64,000 nucleotides of DNA from positions 74,028,001 to 74,092,000 of the forward strand of contig OX597827.1 in NCBI GenBank assembly GCA_951406725.2. Reading direction: 5' to 3'. Made by a program: the position numbers and the translations under genes. The notes under the pieces were generated by a model. That model saw nothing but the letters and a program-made list of their open reading frames with translations. It had not been told where the DNA came from and did no database searches. This DNA is from Octopus vulgaris (lineage: Eukaryota). Numbering within the stretch: position 1 is the stretch's first letter; the number at the start of each line of letters is the position of its first letter. Positions 13,103-27,981 of the stretch are shown one piece after another.

Positions 13103-13706
13103 GGTGAAATCGTGCGTTGAAACAGATATTGTTGTATTTAGGAATGGTCATATTGCCAGTTTAGCCAATAAAAACACACGCACTATATATCTTCATTTGC
13201 GCATGCTTATATCTCTATGTGCGTTTACGTTTATTTAGTGTGTGTATGTGGGGGGATGCCTGTAATATTTGTATCTTCTGTTTATATATGTTTTTGTTTA
13301 TTCTTATTTTGTTCATGTGTTTACATCCACTTATTATTATAATAAGTGGATGTAAACACATGAACAAAATAAGAATAAACAACAAAATCAAAATACAAAT
13401 TACATGAACATATATAAACAGAAGATACAAATATTACAGGCATCCCTCCACATACACACACTAAATTAACATAAACGCACATAGAGATATAAGCATGCGC
13501 AAATGAAGACATACAATAGAAATACAAAATGGCTGACGGTTAGTAAGGAGAGACACAAATAAGAAAGAAGAAAACAAAGGACCTTTGATGCGGTCACAGG
13601 AGTGTGACGAAAGAATTCTGTCCGAAATAAGATTAAGATTAATGTAAAAAATAAATAACACTGAAGCAAAATTGGCTCAAAACTGGCAATATGACCATTC
13701 CTAAAT

Positions 13707-13761
<55 letters not shown>

Positions 13762-13980
13762 TATGTATATATATATATAATATGTGTATGTATATATATA
13801 TATACACATATATATATTTAGGCATATATATATATGTATATTTGTATATATATATATATATACATATTTATATACATATATATATATATGTGTGTATGTA
13901 TATAATATATATATACATACATATCTATGTAATACAGATATATATGTAGCTCACACACACATGTATATATATATATATAG

Positions 13981-14016
<36 letters not shown>

Positions 14017-17000
14017 TTGTGTGTGTGTGTTTGTGTGTCTGTGTGTGTGTGCGTGTGTGTGCGTGTGTGTGGTTATACGTAAATACAGGCGTTGGACAAA
14101 ATAATTGAAACACCTTGAAATTTTTAACAAATTATCTTAATATATGGTAGGACGGCCGTTGGCAATAATTATATCTTTAATTCTACAAGGTATGGACTCG
14201 TACAAAGTTAAAATTGTTTCCAAAGAAAATTTCTTCCATTCATCTGGTAAAAAAGTCTACATCATTTGTAGTGTTGGTTTCGATATGGTGGAGGATATCG
14301 GCTCTTTATGCGTTTTGATAAAATGCTCAATAAATGCTCAATAATATTGAGATCTGGGGACTGTGGTGACCCGATGACTTTTTCAACATCACTAGAATGT
14401 TTTTCCTGCCATTCTGTAACAACTTTAGTTGTGTGAATTGGTGCTTTATCATTCTGAAAGATTCCGTTTCTCTCAGGAAACAGTTCCACAACCATAGGAC
14501 GACTTTGATTAGATAAAATGATTAGATAAAATAGCCTTCACTATTAATTCTGCCATGAAGGGAAACAATTGGGCCGGAGAATTTCAGAGATGCATCCCCA
14601 CCCCAGATCATCACAGATCCCACTCCATATTTAACAGTTCAGTTGGAAGAAGGCAGTCTGGGTCAAATGCTTCCTGCTTCTTTTTGCTCTCTCCACTCGT
14701 ATACTCGACCGCTTGTCGGAAATTAGGAAAAGGATGCTCTGGGCACCAATTCTCTAGGTTTTCACGCCACTCTAAATGCATTGCGACGATTTTCTTGAAA
14801 GTAGTGGTTTTCTGAAAGTAGTGGTAGCCCTCCCGTGAAATGCGGTTTTGTGCAGTTCCGGCAAACAGTTTTTTGTGGAAACAGGGTTCTCAAGGTTGTC
14901 CTTAAGCTCTGCAGGAATTTGGGGAACTGTACTTTTATATACAGGCATACATATATATACCCATACACACATAAAGACACACACATACATAGGTGCAGGT
15001 GTGGCTGTGTGGTAACAAACTTCGTTCCAAAACACATGGTCCTAGGTTCAGTCCCACTGTGGTGACTTGGCATCTGTCTTCTAGAGCCTCAGACCAACCA
15101 AAGCCTTGCCAGTGGATTATGTAGACAGAAACTGAAAGAAATCAATCAAATATATATGTATGTATACATGTATGTATATGTGCACATTCATATCTATTAT
15201 ATCAAAGTCAATGTCTATATGTGTTCGTGTATTTCTTATACATTCGAAAACTGCTGCACCGATCATAATGTAATTTGGAACACAAAATCCAAACCTAGGG
15301 AGAAGGGTAATGCTGTAATTTCATGGACCAAAATTACTGTATGGGTCCTTATAATATTTGAAACTTAGATTCAATGCATAAGGGCGGGTATAATGCAATA
15401 TGTTTGGTTTGAATTTCAGATGGTTTAAAGGGGGCAGAACACCTGCGAAAATTCATAAATTTTCGATGATGAGGAAATTTCAACCATGGGTAATTGACAC
15501 ATATCAAGAAGTATTCTGAAAGTTTCCTCTTCACATGAGGATTCTAAGACACCCTAATGGGGGCCTTAACTCCTAAATCTTAGTCATTTCTTTTATGATC
15601 CAAAACTAAGTCAAAAGTACTGAATGGATCTTTACGAAATTTGGAAATTATATTCTATGCATAAGGGCTATAACCCCAATGACAATTCATGTATTTTTGC
15701 TGTTGATGAAATTTTAACCATAGATATTAGACACAAATGAAGTAATATTTATAAAATTTATCTTCTTACAAGTTAGAAAGACCCATCCATGGGGATTTAA
15801 CACCCACAATTTTGTCATTTTATCTAAGCAAAGACGAATGTCGTTGTACTCTTGGAAGCTGTAGGGTTACCCGAGCATAAAAGATGAGCGTTATTTGTAA
15901 TTCAATGGTACAACAGTGTAAGAGTTTGCTTTGACATACACTTAGATTGTGATTTCTGCAATGTGCTGCATAAATTGTCAAGTAAGCGAAAGGCATCTTT
16001 GTTTCCACTGATTCAGTTGCAAAGTATTGAGTAAAGTTATTTGATTGCAGACCTCCTTTCAGTCTTTTTATTATCACTGGGACACAAATAGTCCCCAAAT
16101 GGTAATATTGATTTCAAGGCCCTCTAAGATGAGTGACTGGTTATTCAAAGCCATTTATAGATTCTAAATTTATTCTGTCCAGTTACGTATCACTATAGTG
16201 GTCATTTGCAAACTCCAACTTTCATTTCTCCTTAGCACTCACGTCACACAGTTGTTAATGTTTATTTCAGTTGGGTCACGCTCTTCCAGTTGCGATAGAT
16301 TCGTAATGCATCTTAGGGCTGTGCCTGTCACCTGGATTGTGAGGAATCCTACATTAGGAGTGGTAACGACTAGGGTACTGTAGCTGACTGCTCATTGTGA
16401 TCATTCGTCTTTCGGTTTCCTGTAGCTTTGCTCTCTTTTACAAACCCAGTGAACATATATTTCCAATTTCAAAGAAATTCAAACAATAGATATAAGACAC
16501 AAGTTAAAAAGATTCTCAACAATGCAACTTCTCTGCTTGACATCAAGACACCCACCCCCAACAGGGGCCTTAACTCTCACATTTTAGAGCTCCATGAAGT
16601 TCATTTTTCAGGAGCAAAATCCAATAAGACTGGAATTTTAGAATATGCGCATAAAAATCAGTAATATGGGATACATGTGGCAGGAATACAATTTTTTTAG
16701 GGTGTGTAAAGAGGCAAATAACCCTCATCTGCATTTCGAAACATAAATATTCCAGTTCATTACAGAAATTATAAGAGAAAAGACAGATTCTTCAATTGAA
16801 TGCAACACGGGCAACGGCGAGTATCACTGGTAGTCAAGTATATATTCATCTCTATCTGGTGTTTTAACGCTAAAGGAAATTACAATATCTTGGATACTGA
16901 GTCATCTATAAGATACCATAAAACTCTTATAATAGCAATTCATACCCAACGTTTTTATTTTATTATTTCAGAATGTCTCAGCGGTAGATTTGGTCGCAAT

Positions 17001-17902
17001 TGCACAAAGTCCTGTCATTGTTCCGAAACATGTAACCACATAAATGGACTATGTCCAGGAGTGTGTGATGAAGGATACACCGGGTACAACTGCCAAGAAG
17101 GTTATTTCCAACACCTTTTATTCCAACATTTTAAAATTCTCTACATTTGATTTAGTGTTTCTTAGCGTAAATCACCTTTATTATTTGTTATCAAAGACTA
17201 CTTCAATGTTAACTCATGAGTTATGCTTTAAGATAAGGTAATAAAAAAGCATGTCTTTGATATCTCACATATATTTGTAGAAGAGAACTCTTACAGCCAT
17301 AACTTTTATTGTGTGGGTCTAATAATATCTAATCTGTTGTATTTTATATTAATATTTTCAGAATGTGAAGTTGGTAGATTTGGTAGCAATTGTAGAAGAA
17401 CATGTCATTGTATCGACGACGAAAACTGCGACAGAATAACTGGAAAATGCTCAGATGGATGTTCTGCTGGATATACAGGCGACTTTTGTCAACAAAGTAT
17501 GATATAAAACTATAACATATTTCATAAAGATATGTTTTAATCTCTGCATCTGATTCTTACTTTATCTTTCCTTTTATCGGGGACGATTCAGGTTTATAAC
17601 CAATATACTTTCCAAACTTAGTTTCATTAAATACTTCGTGAATTCATATTGAGATATGTGGGTTTCATGCGTTTCTATGTATGCTTTACATATGTATGTA
17701 TGTCTGTATATGTATTTATAAATATATATATATATATATATATATACATGTTTTTATGTATATATATACATGTATTTATGCATATATATATAACATATAT
17801 ATACATATATATAATAAATATATATATATGTACATATATATATGTATTTGTATTTATATACATATATACACATGTATATATATATATATACATAAATGTG
17901 TG

Positions 17903-17934
<32 letters not shown>

Positions 17935-20900
17935 CGTGTGTGTGTGAGTGTGTGTTTGTATGTATACATAAATACAGAGGTTGGACAAAATAATGGAAAC
18001 ACCTTGAAATTGTAAACAAATTATCGCAATATCAGCCAGGCCTTTGGTAGTAATTACAGCTTCAATTCTACTGGGTATGGACTCCTACAAAGTTTTGAAT
18101 TTTTTCGAAAGGAAATTTTCTCCATTCCTCAGCTATAAAAGTCTCCATTGCGTGCAGTGTTGATGCTGTTATGGTGGAGGATATCGACTCTTTATATGTT
18201 TGTATACAATGAACAATAAAAACTAAAATATATTGAGATCTGGAGGCTGTGGTGAATCGATGAACTGTTCAACTTCACAAGAATGTCTGTCCTGCCATTC
18301 TGTAACAACTTTAGCTGTTTGAATTGGTGCTTTATCATCCTGAAAGATTGCGTTTCTCCCAGGAAACAGTTCCGCAACCATAGGATGAATTTGATGAGAT
18401 AAGATGCTTAAATTTGCCTTCACTATTAATTCTGCCATGAAGGGAAACAATTGGGCCGGAGAATTTCAGAGATGCATCCCCAACCCAGATCATCACAGAT
18501 CCTCCTCCATATTTAACAGTTGGAAGAAGACAGTCTGGGTCAAATGCTTCCTGATCCTTTTTGCTCTCTCCACTAGTATACTCGACTGCTCGTTGGAAAT
18601 TAAGTAAAGGATGCTCTAGGCACCAATTCTCTAGGTTTTCACGCCACTCTAAACGCATTGCGACGTTTCTCTTGAAAGTAGTGGTTTTCTGATTGTAGCC
18701 TTCCCGTGAAATCCGTTTTTGTGCAGTTCCGGCGAACAGTTCTTTGTGGAAACAGAGTTCTCAAGGTGGTCCTTAAGCTCTGCAGGAATTTGGGGAACTG
18801 TACTTTTGTGATCCATTCTAACAATTCACGGAAGAGTCCCTAATTTTGGTTCTCCTCCAGAGTTTTATTTCGAAGAGGAGGTTTTTCCCGCTTTGTCAAA
18901 GGCTGCATTATTTTCCAGGACAGTACTTCTTGATAAACCAAATATTTCGGCTGTTTTCGTTACGCTAGCACCTCTCATATGAGCACCAACAATTTGACCT
19001 CTTTGAAAGTCCAATAGATCTGATATTTTAATGAATTTCAATTACCTTTTTCTAATGGTAACTGAAAAGAAACAGCAATTTTAGCAAAATATATTATGCG
19101 AGAAAAATAATAAATCAGAATATATATATAAAAATAAATTTTGATGGTTTTTATAGATATTTCAAAATTTTGATGCTATAATAGTTGGCGTTTGCATTAT
19201 TTTGTCCAACCTCTGTATATATACATCATAGATATAAGGTAGATGAGAATACTTGAAGAAGACATACAGAAATCGATTGAACTAACGGGTGGGCTATAAC
19301 ATCCATGTTAAAAACGTCATTTCAATGAGACTAGGTATCATCATCATCATCACCATTTGACATCCGTTCTGTATGTTGGTAGCCGTTGTGCGGTTCTTTG
19401 TGTCCCAACGAGTGCAGAGGGCTGCGCCAAGCTATTGTGTCTGCTTTGGCAGGGTTTCTACAGCAGGATGCTCTTATTAACATGAAACACTTTACAGTGT
19501 GTACTGAGCGCTTTTGTCGTTGCACCAGCACTAGTGATGTCACCAAGTTTTCCAAGGCAAGAACCTTCAGCAAAATGGGGTACGGTATTGAGGCATATAA
19601 AAGTATGGTAGAGAGACAGGAATAGGTATCTTGCTGAAGATGTGATTACATGGCTTCATCCGCTGGTGAGAGAGAGAGAGAGATAGAAAGAGAGAGAGGG
19701 AGAGAGAGAGAGAGATAGAAAGAGAGAGAGGGAGAGAGAGAGGGAGATATATATATAGAGAGAGATAGAGTGATGTTGAGAGCGTACCTTCAAGATACAA
19801 GGTGCGATTTAGTTTACTGCGCTTTTGTGTGTCAACAGTTTCAGAGATGCTTAAAGAAGTCGCTTGTCTGCTCGTGATTCTCTATAATTATTTATATTGG
19901 ATATTTTATCGAATTTTATTTTACCCGAATACTTTCATCTTATTATCTAGAGTGTTATTTCATTGATCCACGTGGAAATACAATGAGGAATCAAGTATAT
20001 ATTCATCTCTATCTAGTGTCTGTAATCCTAAAAGAAAAAACAATATCTGACATACTGAATCATTTATAATATAACATAAAACTCTTATAATAGCAATTCA
20101 TATCCAACAATTTTTCTATGATTTCAGAATGTCTCAGCGGTAGATTTGGTCGCAATTGCACAAAGATTCATCATTGTTACGCAAGATGTAACCACATACA
20201 TGGATTATTTCCAGGAGTGTGTGAAGCAGGATACACCGGGTACAACTGCCAAGAAGGTTATTTCCAATACTTTTTATTCCAGCATATTAAAATTCTCTAC
20301 ATTTGATTTAGTGTTTCTTAGCGTAAATCAACTTTATTATTTATCATCAAAGACTACTTCAATGTTAACTCATGAGTTATGCTTTAAGATAAGATAATAA
20401 AAAGGCGTGTCTTTGATATCTCACATATATTTGTAGAAGAGAGCTCTTACAGCCATAACTTTTATTGTGTGGAGCTAATAATATCTAATCTATTGTGTTT
20501 TGTATTAATATTTTCAGAATGTGAAGTTGGTAGATTTGGTAGAAATTGTGGAGTGACATGTCATTGTATCGACGACGAAAACTGCGACAGAATAACTGGA
20601 AAATGCTCAGATGGATGTTCAGCTGGATATACAGGCGACTTTTGTCAACAAAGTATGATATGAAACTATGATACATTTCATAAAATTATGTTTAAATCTC
20701 TGCATCAGTTTCTTACTTTATCTTTCCTTTCATTTAATTAACGTGGTAATTGGGACGGGGACTATACAGGTTTACAACCAATATATTTTCCAAACTTAGA
20801 TTCATTAAATACTTCGTAAATTCATAATGAGATATATGGGTGTCATGCGTTTTCATGCTTGTTGTATACATGTATGGATATATGCATATGTATTTATACA

Positions 20901-21411
20901 TATACATATACATGTATTTATTTATATATATATATATACATACATACATACATACATACATACATACATACATACATACATTCATATATATATATATATA
21001 TTAATATATATATGAATATAAGATCGTTAATTTACAATAAAATAACGATTTTTTTAAGTGGTCAGCATGGAAAAAAGAACCTTCAAAGGTAATAATAATT
21101 GAAATTAAAATTAGGGTATCTATGAGATACCACCATGCTGAAAATAGCAGCCATGATCTAACTCTAAAAACACCTTAATTGTCCATATATCAACACTGAC
21201 AGAAAACAAATAGACAAGATGAAACTACTAATTTTTTAGCTTTTCATCTTGTCTATTTGTTTTCTCTCCATTAAGGTGGTTTTAAAGTCAGATTATGGCT
21301 GCTATTTTCAGCATGGTGTTATCTCGTAGATACCCTAATTTGTAATTTTGATATATGATTTGATTTTGATTTTTCCAGTTTCAGCTAATGAGCTGTGGCC
21401 ATGCTGGGGCA

Positions 21412-21452
<41 letters not shown>

Positions 21453-21531
21453 ATATAAATATTACGTATATATATATATATATATGTATGTACATACATA
21501 TATACATATACATATATTCCTTTTCAACCTT

Positions 21532-21608
<77 letters not shown>

Positions 21609-21921
21609 CATGTATATATAAATGAAAGAGAGGTAATTTCTACTCTTCTCCTCTGGAAGCCATCTACTCGCAATACCAGAGGGCACACACTCTCCTACCC
21701 TGATGTAATCTCCAGAGATACTGGCATCTAGCAACAGGACCTCCGTAATGCCATGATGGACCGTGAAGTCTGGCGTAGCATGGTAAATTCCATTGTCTCG
21801 ACCACGGTCGAACAATGATGATGATGATGATATATATATGTGTGTATATATATATATATATAGTATGTATATACACATATATCTATGTAATACAGACATA
21901 TATATAGCCCCAACACACATG

Positions 21922-21968
<47 letters not shown>

Positions 21969-22370
21969 CTGTGTGTGTATACATAAATACAGGCGTTGGA
22001 CAAAATAATGGTAATACCTTGAAATTCTAAACAAATTATCTTAATATGGAGTAGGACCACCGTCGGCAATAATTACACCTTCAATACTACGAGGTATGGA
22101 CTCGTACAAAGTTTCAATTCATTCCAAAGAAAATATTCTCAATTCGTCTGCTAAAACCGTCTCTATTCCCTAACATCTTCAGCTGTGTGAATTGGTGCAT
22201 TATCATCCTGAAAGATTCCGTTTCTTTCAGGAAACAGTTCCGCAACGATAGGATTAATTTGATTAGATAAATTGCCTAATTAGCTTTCCCCTTTAATTCT
22301 GCCATGAAGGGAAACAATTAAGCCGGGGAATTTCCAAGATGAATCTCCACCCCAGATCATCACAGATCCT

Positions 22371-22438
<68 letters not shown>

Positions 22439-24675
22439 GAAAGAATGGAGTCGAACGACGATTTAACAAAATTCCTTTACTCTCGACACATGTTTCGAAG
22501 GCTGCATATTCTTAATTCCGAAGGAATAAAGGGTGCATTATGTCGCCATCTCATCAGGAAAGACAAGGAACTTATGTCAGCATCATGACGAACAAATCCT
22601 TTAGATGACTGCCCACATGATGTCCACAGTAATAACGAGTGTTTCTTTAAAATATACCGTTATAAGCAATGGCGTCAAAATTGGTTGGATGGAGAATGTT
22701 CTAAACCAATAATTGCTTCTCAGGATAAGAAAACTAATAACAATAGAAATAGTGAGAATATTGATTCCAGCTCTAACAATGTCGGCACCCCTGTAGATAA
22801 GAAAATTAATTTACGGACCAGTGGAAGAAATAGACAACCACCCCCAAATTTCCAGCACAGGAATTTTTCCCTTTACTGTCAACAGTAACAATATGACTAA
22901 TTCTAAATCCACAAAAAACTATATCTGGTTTGTTATACCTTTCGGGAAGCAAATCAAATCAAATCTTCCCTTACAGTTCCGTGAAGCCATAGCTAAGAAC
23001 TTTCCCAGGGATTCTAGGTATTACTCTATTATTAATTCGCATAGGGTGAGATTGCATTCTCTAACACTAGAAATCTTTCACAAATTATCGCCTCCCATAA
23101 TAATAAGCTGCTAAACAAAGATTCTTCACCCGGGAGTTACAACTCTATTCTAACCAATTCCAACCAAACATACAATAATAATGATAGAAATAGTATTGAT
23201 AATAGCAACATTCGTAACAGCGTTAGTATTAATAATAATATTAGTGGGATTTATAACAGTGGTAGTGTTGATGGTAACAACGACAGCATTTCTATTGTCA
23301 GGGATATTGCCGGTGATAGTACAACTAATAATAATAACAATAATAGAAATAGTGTAGTGATCAATGATAGCAGTAATATTAACAGCAATCAGAACAATAG
23401 AAACTCCGTTTTAATCTCGGAGGAAAACCCTAACAGATTAAAGTTCTTGTCCAGCAATTCCAAAATTAAAAACTCCATTTACCAGTGTAAGATTTCTTCC
23501 AGTACCGGTGTCTTCTTCGATATTGGCGCGACAACTTCTCGATTGTCCAAGAGAATTTCCAATCATTATTCAACTTTCCGAAATAAGAAAAAACAACATA
23601 GTATAGGACTAAGTAAATTAGTTTGGCGTCTTAAGGACAGCAATATAACTTTCAAACTGGACTGGTCCATATTATCTGTATCCTTTCCTTTTGATAAGGG
23701 CAGGAAATTCTGTGGCATTTGTAATTCCGAACTCTTCTTTATCCTTTTCTCCAAATTCCTCTTGGTAAACACAATTATAGAAAAATCCTATAAGTGCAAA
23801 CATTGGCAGAGACATACTTTCCACTCATATGAATGATGATTAATATAGATAAACTCTTTGATTTAATAATTTAGTCTCACTTCTACAACACCACCATAGA
23901 CAAAATTTTTTTCTACTACGGTACATGAAGAATTACTACTAAATTTGTTGGGATATGTTTTCCTCTTTCTCTCTGCATCTCCCCACCTCCCTCTCTCTCT
24001 CTCTATCATACCCACAATCGAACACACAGACACAAATTTGTCACCTCACTACTAAATGTTTCTGACATTTATCCCCCTACACACACGGTCACGCACACAC
24101 ACACATACACGAATCCAGTTATATACATACACACACACAAGCACTTAAACTCATTAAAAATAGCATACACCCACGCATCCCCATACAATACAGCTTGCAC
24201 TCTATCACCTCCCTAGAACTTTCTCCTTCCAACCAAATTTGAACTCTTGAACTTTTTAGAACATTCTCCATCCAACCAATTTTGACGTCATTGCTTATAA
24301 CGGTATATTTTAAAGAAACACTCGTTATTACTGTGGACATCATGTGGGCAGTCATCTAAAAGTTTTTGTTCGTCATGATGCTGACATAAGTTCCTTGTCT
24401 TTCCTGATGAGATGGCGGTATAATGCACCCTTTATTCCTTCGGAATTAAGAATATGCAGCCTTCGAAACATGTGTCGAGAGTAAAGGAATTTTGTTAAAT
24501 CGTCGTTCGACTTCATTCTTTCATTTATTCATAGTTAAAAAAAACACACAAATTTCCACACGAGATCACGGGATTTCTGCATTTGGCATGTAGCTTCAAC
24601 CGTGTTTTCTGACGTGAATTTGCTACCCAGGTATCGGTTAACCGAATTATCCATACTAAGATAATTCATTCACCT

Positions 24676-24736
<61 letters not shown>

Positions 24737-27269
24737 CATATACTTCTGTGTGTGTGTGTGTATATATATGCATCCGACTGCCTTCTTTCAGTTTCCGCCG
24801 ACCAAATCTGCTAACAAGGCTTTGGTCAGCCCGACGCTATAGTAAAAGACAGACGCCCAATGTACAACGCAGTGGGATTAAACCCGGATCTATATGGTTG
24901 GGAAGCAAGCTTCTTTATTTCATATAATTTGCCACAAGGGCTGTACACAGATAGAAGCTTGTGGGCTGGACATAGACAGGATGAGATGAAATGGAACGAA
25001 ATAATGCGGATGGGAGGGATGTTGGCGCCCACCGACCGATAAACCCTCGAATACAAAGTTTCTTTACAACAATATAAAATTTTCTTACAATTCTCTTTTT
25101 CAGGTCCCCCAAGCTAAGTGACTTGCCGACTGCAGACAACTCTGCATCGATAAGTCGGGGCCTGCAAAGAGGAAAGCAAATTCTTTCACAGCGACCTTTG
25201 ACAAAATTTATTCAGTAACTGCCTCCTCAGCCACCTGCGGATGCTATATCGGACTACTTGAGTAGACCGAGTACACACGTTCTCGGTCACCCAAGCCGTC
25301 CAAAAATTTACTCACCGTCCCTCCCTCGTGGTAAAGGAGGACAAACACCTCCTCTTCACAGGAAGGGACTTCACACTGCTCCGTCAGTGGCACACTTCCC
25401 ACTGACGGAGCCCTATCCGCAGGTGGCTCCGTCGGCGGCCCAGGAACATCCGCAGACCGTCCTCTGCTCCTCTTTTTCTCTTTCTTTTTGAGGTTGCGGG
25501 TGTAGGGGGCTGCGTCGACAGACGCGGAGGGTCGCAACCCTCCTCCGCCGCTTGAACATTCTTTGGTGAGCAACCATTGTTGCTCACCTTTCTTTTCCTT
25601 TCGTGGAGGCAACTTCCACCACGACTTCTACCGTCTCCCCCTCCAATAAGGGGGCGGCGGACACCTTTTCTTTCTCATGCTCCAGGGCACCACCACGGCC
25701 CCCGGGACAGTTCCTTTTGATATGGCCAGGCTCCATGCACAGGTGACACTCGGGGGAGGGCGTCCCTCGAGTAATACCGGGTTCCTGTACCCGGCCATTT
25801 TTAGGAAGTCTGGGAATATCATATCTCCCACGGCCACCGGGGTCCACAGGGTCAAAGTTGCCTTTGACCCCTCGTAGTCGACCGCGGGAGTAATCTCTAC
25901 ACTCAATAGCCTGGGCCCGCTATCCCCCAGGCCTCGCCGGATGGTCTCCTCGATCCATCTCGCCTCCGTGCTAGTACAAAATATAAAACCTACAAGCAAC
26001 AAATCCTACTGGACTCAAGAAGAAAAAAGTCTTACCTTACAGTAGAGTGTCCTTTAATTTTCGCCAGCTGCAAACCAACGTGGCGACTTCAACAGGCGAG
26101 TGAAGAACAACTAACGACCGGAACCGGAAGCAAGCTACTTACCAAACTGTCATTCATTAATAAATCTATCACCATTGAACACCATTTCTGATATACAGAG
26201 GGCGACGTATGAAAAAGTTGCTGAAAGAAGTCGTGTTCAGCTCGTGATTCTTTATAATTATCTATATTTGATATTTCATGGAATTTTATTTTACGCGAAT
26301 ACTTTCATCTTATTATCTGTAGTGACATTTCATTGATCCACGTGGAAATACAATAAGGAATCAAGTATATATTCAACTCTATCTAGGGTCTGTAATGCTA
26401 AAATATATAACAATATCTAGCATATTAAGTCATCCATACTATATCATAAAACTCTTATAATAGCAATTTATGGCTAACGTTTTTATTTTATTATTTCATA
26501 ATGTCTCAGCGGTAGATTTGGTCGCAATTGCACAAAGTCCTGTCATTGTTCCGAAACATGTAACAACATAATTGGACTATGTCCAGGAGTGTGTGATGCA
26601 GGATACACCGGGTACAACTGCCAAGAAGGTTATTTCCAACACCTTTTATGCCAACATTTTAAAATTCTCTACATTTCATTTAGTTTCTTAGCGTAAATCA
26701 ACTTTCCTATTTATCATCAAAAACTACTTCAATGTTAACTCATGAGTTATGCTTTAAGATAAGGTAATAAAAAAGCGTGTCTTTGATATCTTACATATAT
26801 TTGTAGAAGAGAGCTCCCACAGCCATAACTTTTATTGTGTGGAGCTAATAATATCTAATCTATTGTGTTTTGTATTAATATTTTCAGAATGTGAAGTTGG
26901 TAGATTTGGTAGGAATTGTAGAGGGACATGTCATTGTATCGACGACGAAAGCTGCGACAGAATAACTGGAAAATGCTCAGATGGATGTTCTGCTGGATAT
27001 ACAGGCGACTTTTGTCAACAAAGTATGATATAAAACTAAAACATATTTTATAACATTATGGTTTAATCTCTGCATCTGATTCTTACTCTAACTTTCCGTT
27101 TATTTCCTGAAGAGAACTATACAGGTTTATAACCAATATATTTGCCAAACTAACATTCATTAAATACTTCGTGAATCCATATTGAGATATGTGGGTTGCA
27201 TGCGATTTTATGTATGTTGTATGGATGTATGTGGATGCATTTATACATATACCTATACATGTATTTATC

Positions 27270-27317
<48 letters not shown>

Positions 27318-27918
27318 GATATCGTGTGTTTAAACAGATATTTTTGTATTTAGGAATGGTCATATTGCCAGTTTAGCCAATAAAAACACACGCACTATAT
27401 ATCTTCATTTGCGCATGTTTATATCTCTATGTGCGTTTATGTTTATTTAGTGTGTGTATGTGGGGGGATGCCTGTAATATTTGTATCTTCTGTTTATATA
27501 TGTTTTTGTTTATTCTTATTTTGTTCATGTGTTTACATCCACTTATTATTATAATAAGTGGATGTAAACACATGAACAAAATAAGAATAAACAACAAAAA
27601 CAAAATACAAATTACATGAACATATATAAACAGAAGATACAAATATTACAGGCATCCCTCCACATACACACACTAAATTAACATAAACGCACATAGAGAT
27701 ATAAGCATGCGCAAATGAAGACATACAATAGAAATACAAAATGGCTGACGGTTAGTAAGGAGAGACACAAAGAAGAAAGAAGAAAACAAAGGATCTTTGA
27801 TGCGGTCACAGGAGTGTGACGAAAGAATTCTGTCCGAAATAAGATGAAGATTAATGTAAAAAATAAATAACACTGAAGCAAAATTGGCTCAAAACTGGCA
27901 ATATGACCATTCCTAAAT

Positions 27919-27981
<63 letters not shown>

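Larger units (their letters stand above)
22433..24679 (+). mobile_element. Second copy of the Penelope-like element (segmental duplicate)
   Basis: ORF 23357-23836 has the same protein sequence as 9076-9555; inverted repeat 22433-22705 / 24255-24528. Confidence 0.8.

Noticed and set aside
14992-15065. Possible tRNA gene
   Set aside because: A/B-box-like motifs are present but there is no cloverleaf; it continues into a SINE body found in many copies
15150-16900. Identical short ORFs in three copies (also ~35600-37350 and ~40340-42100)
   Set aside because: No recognisable motif or convincing exon; the identity reflects recent segmental duplication of intron sequence
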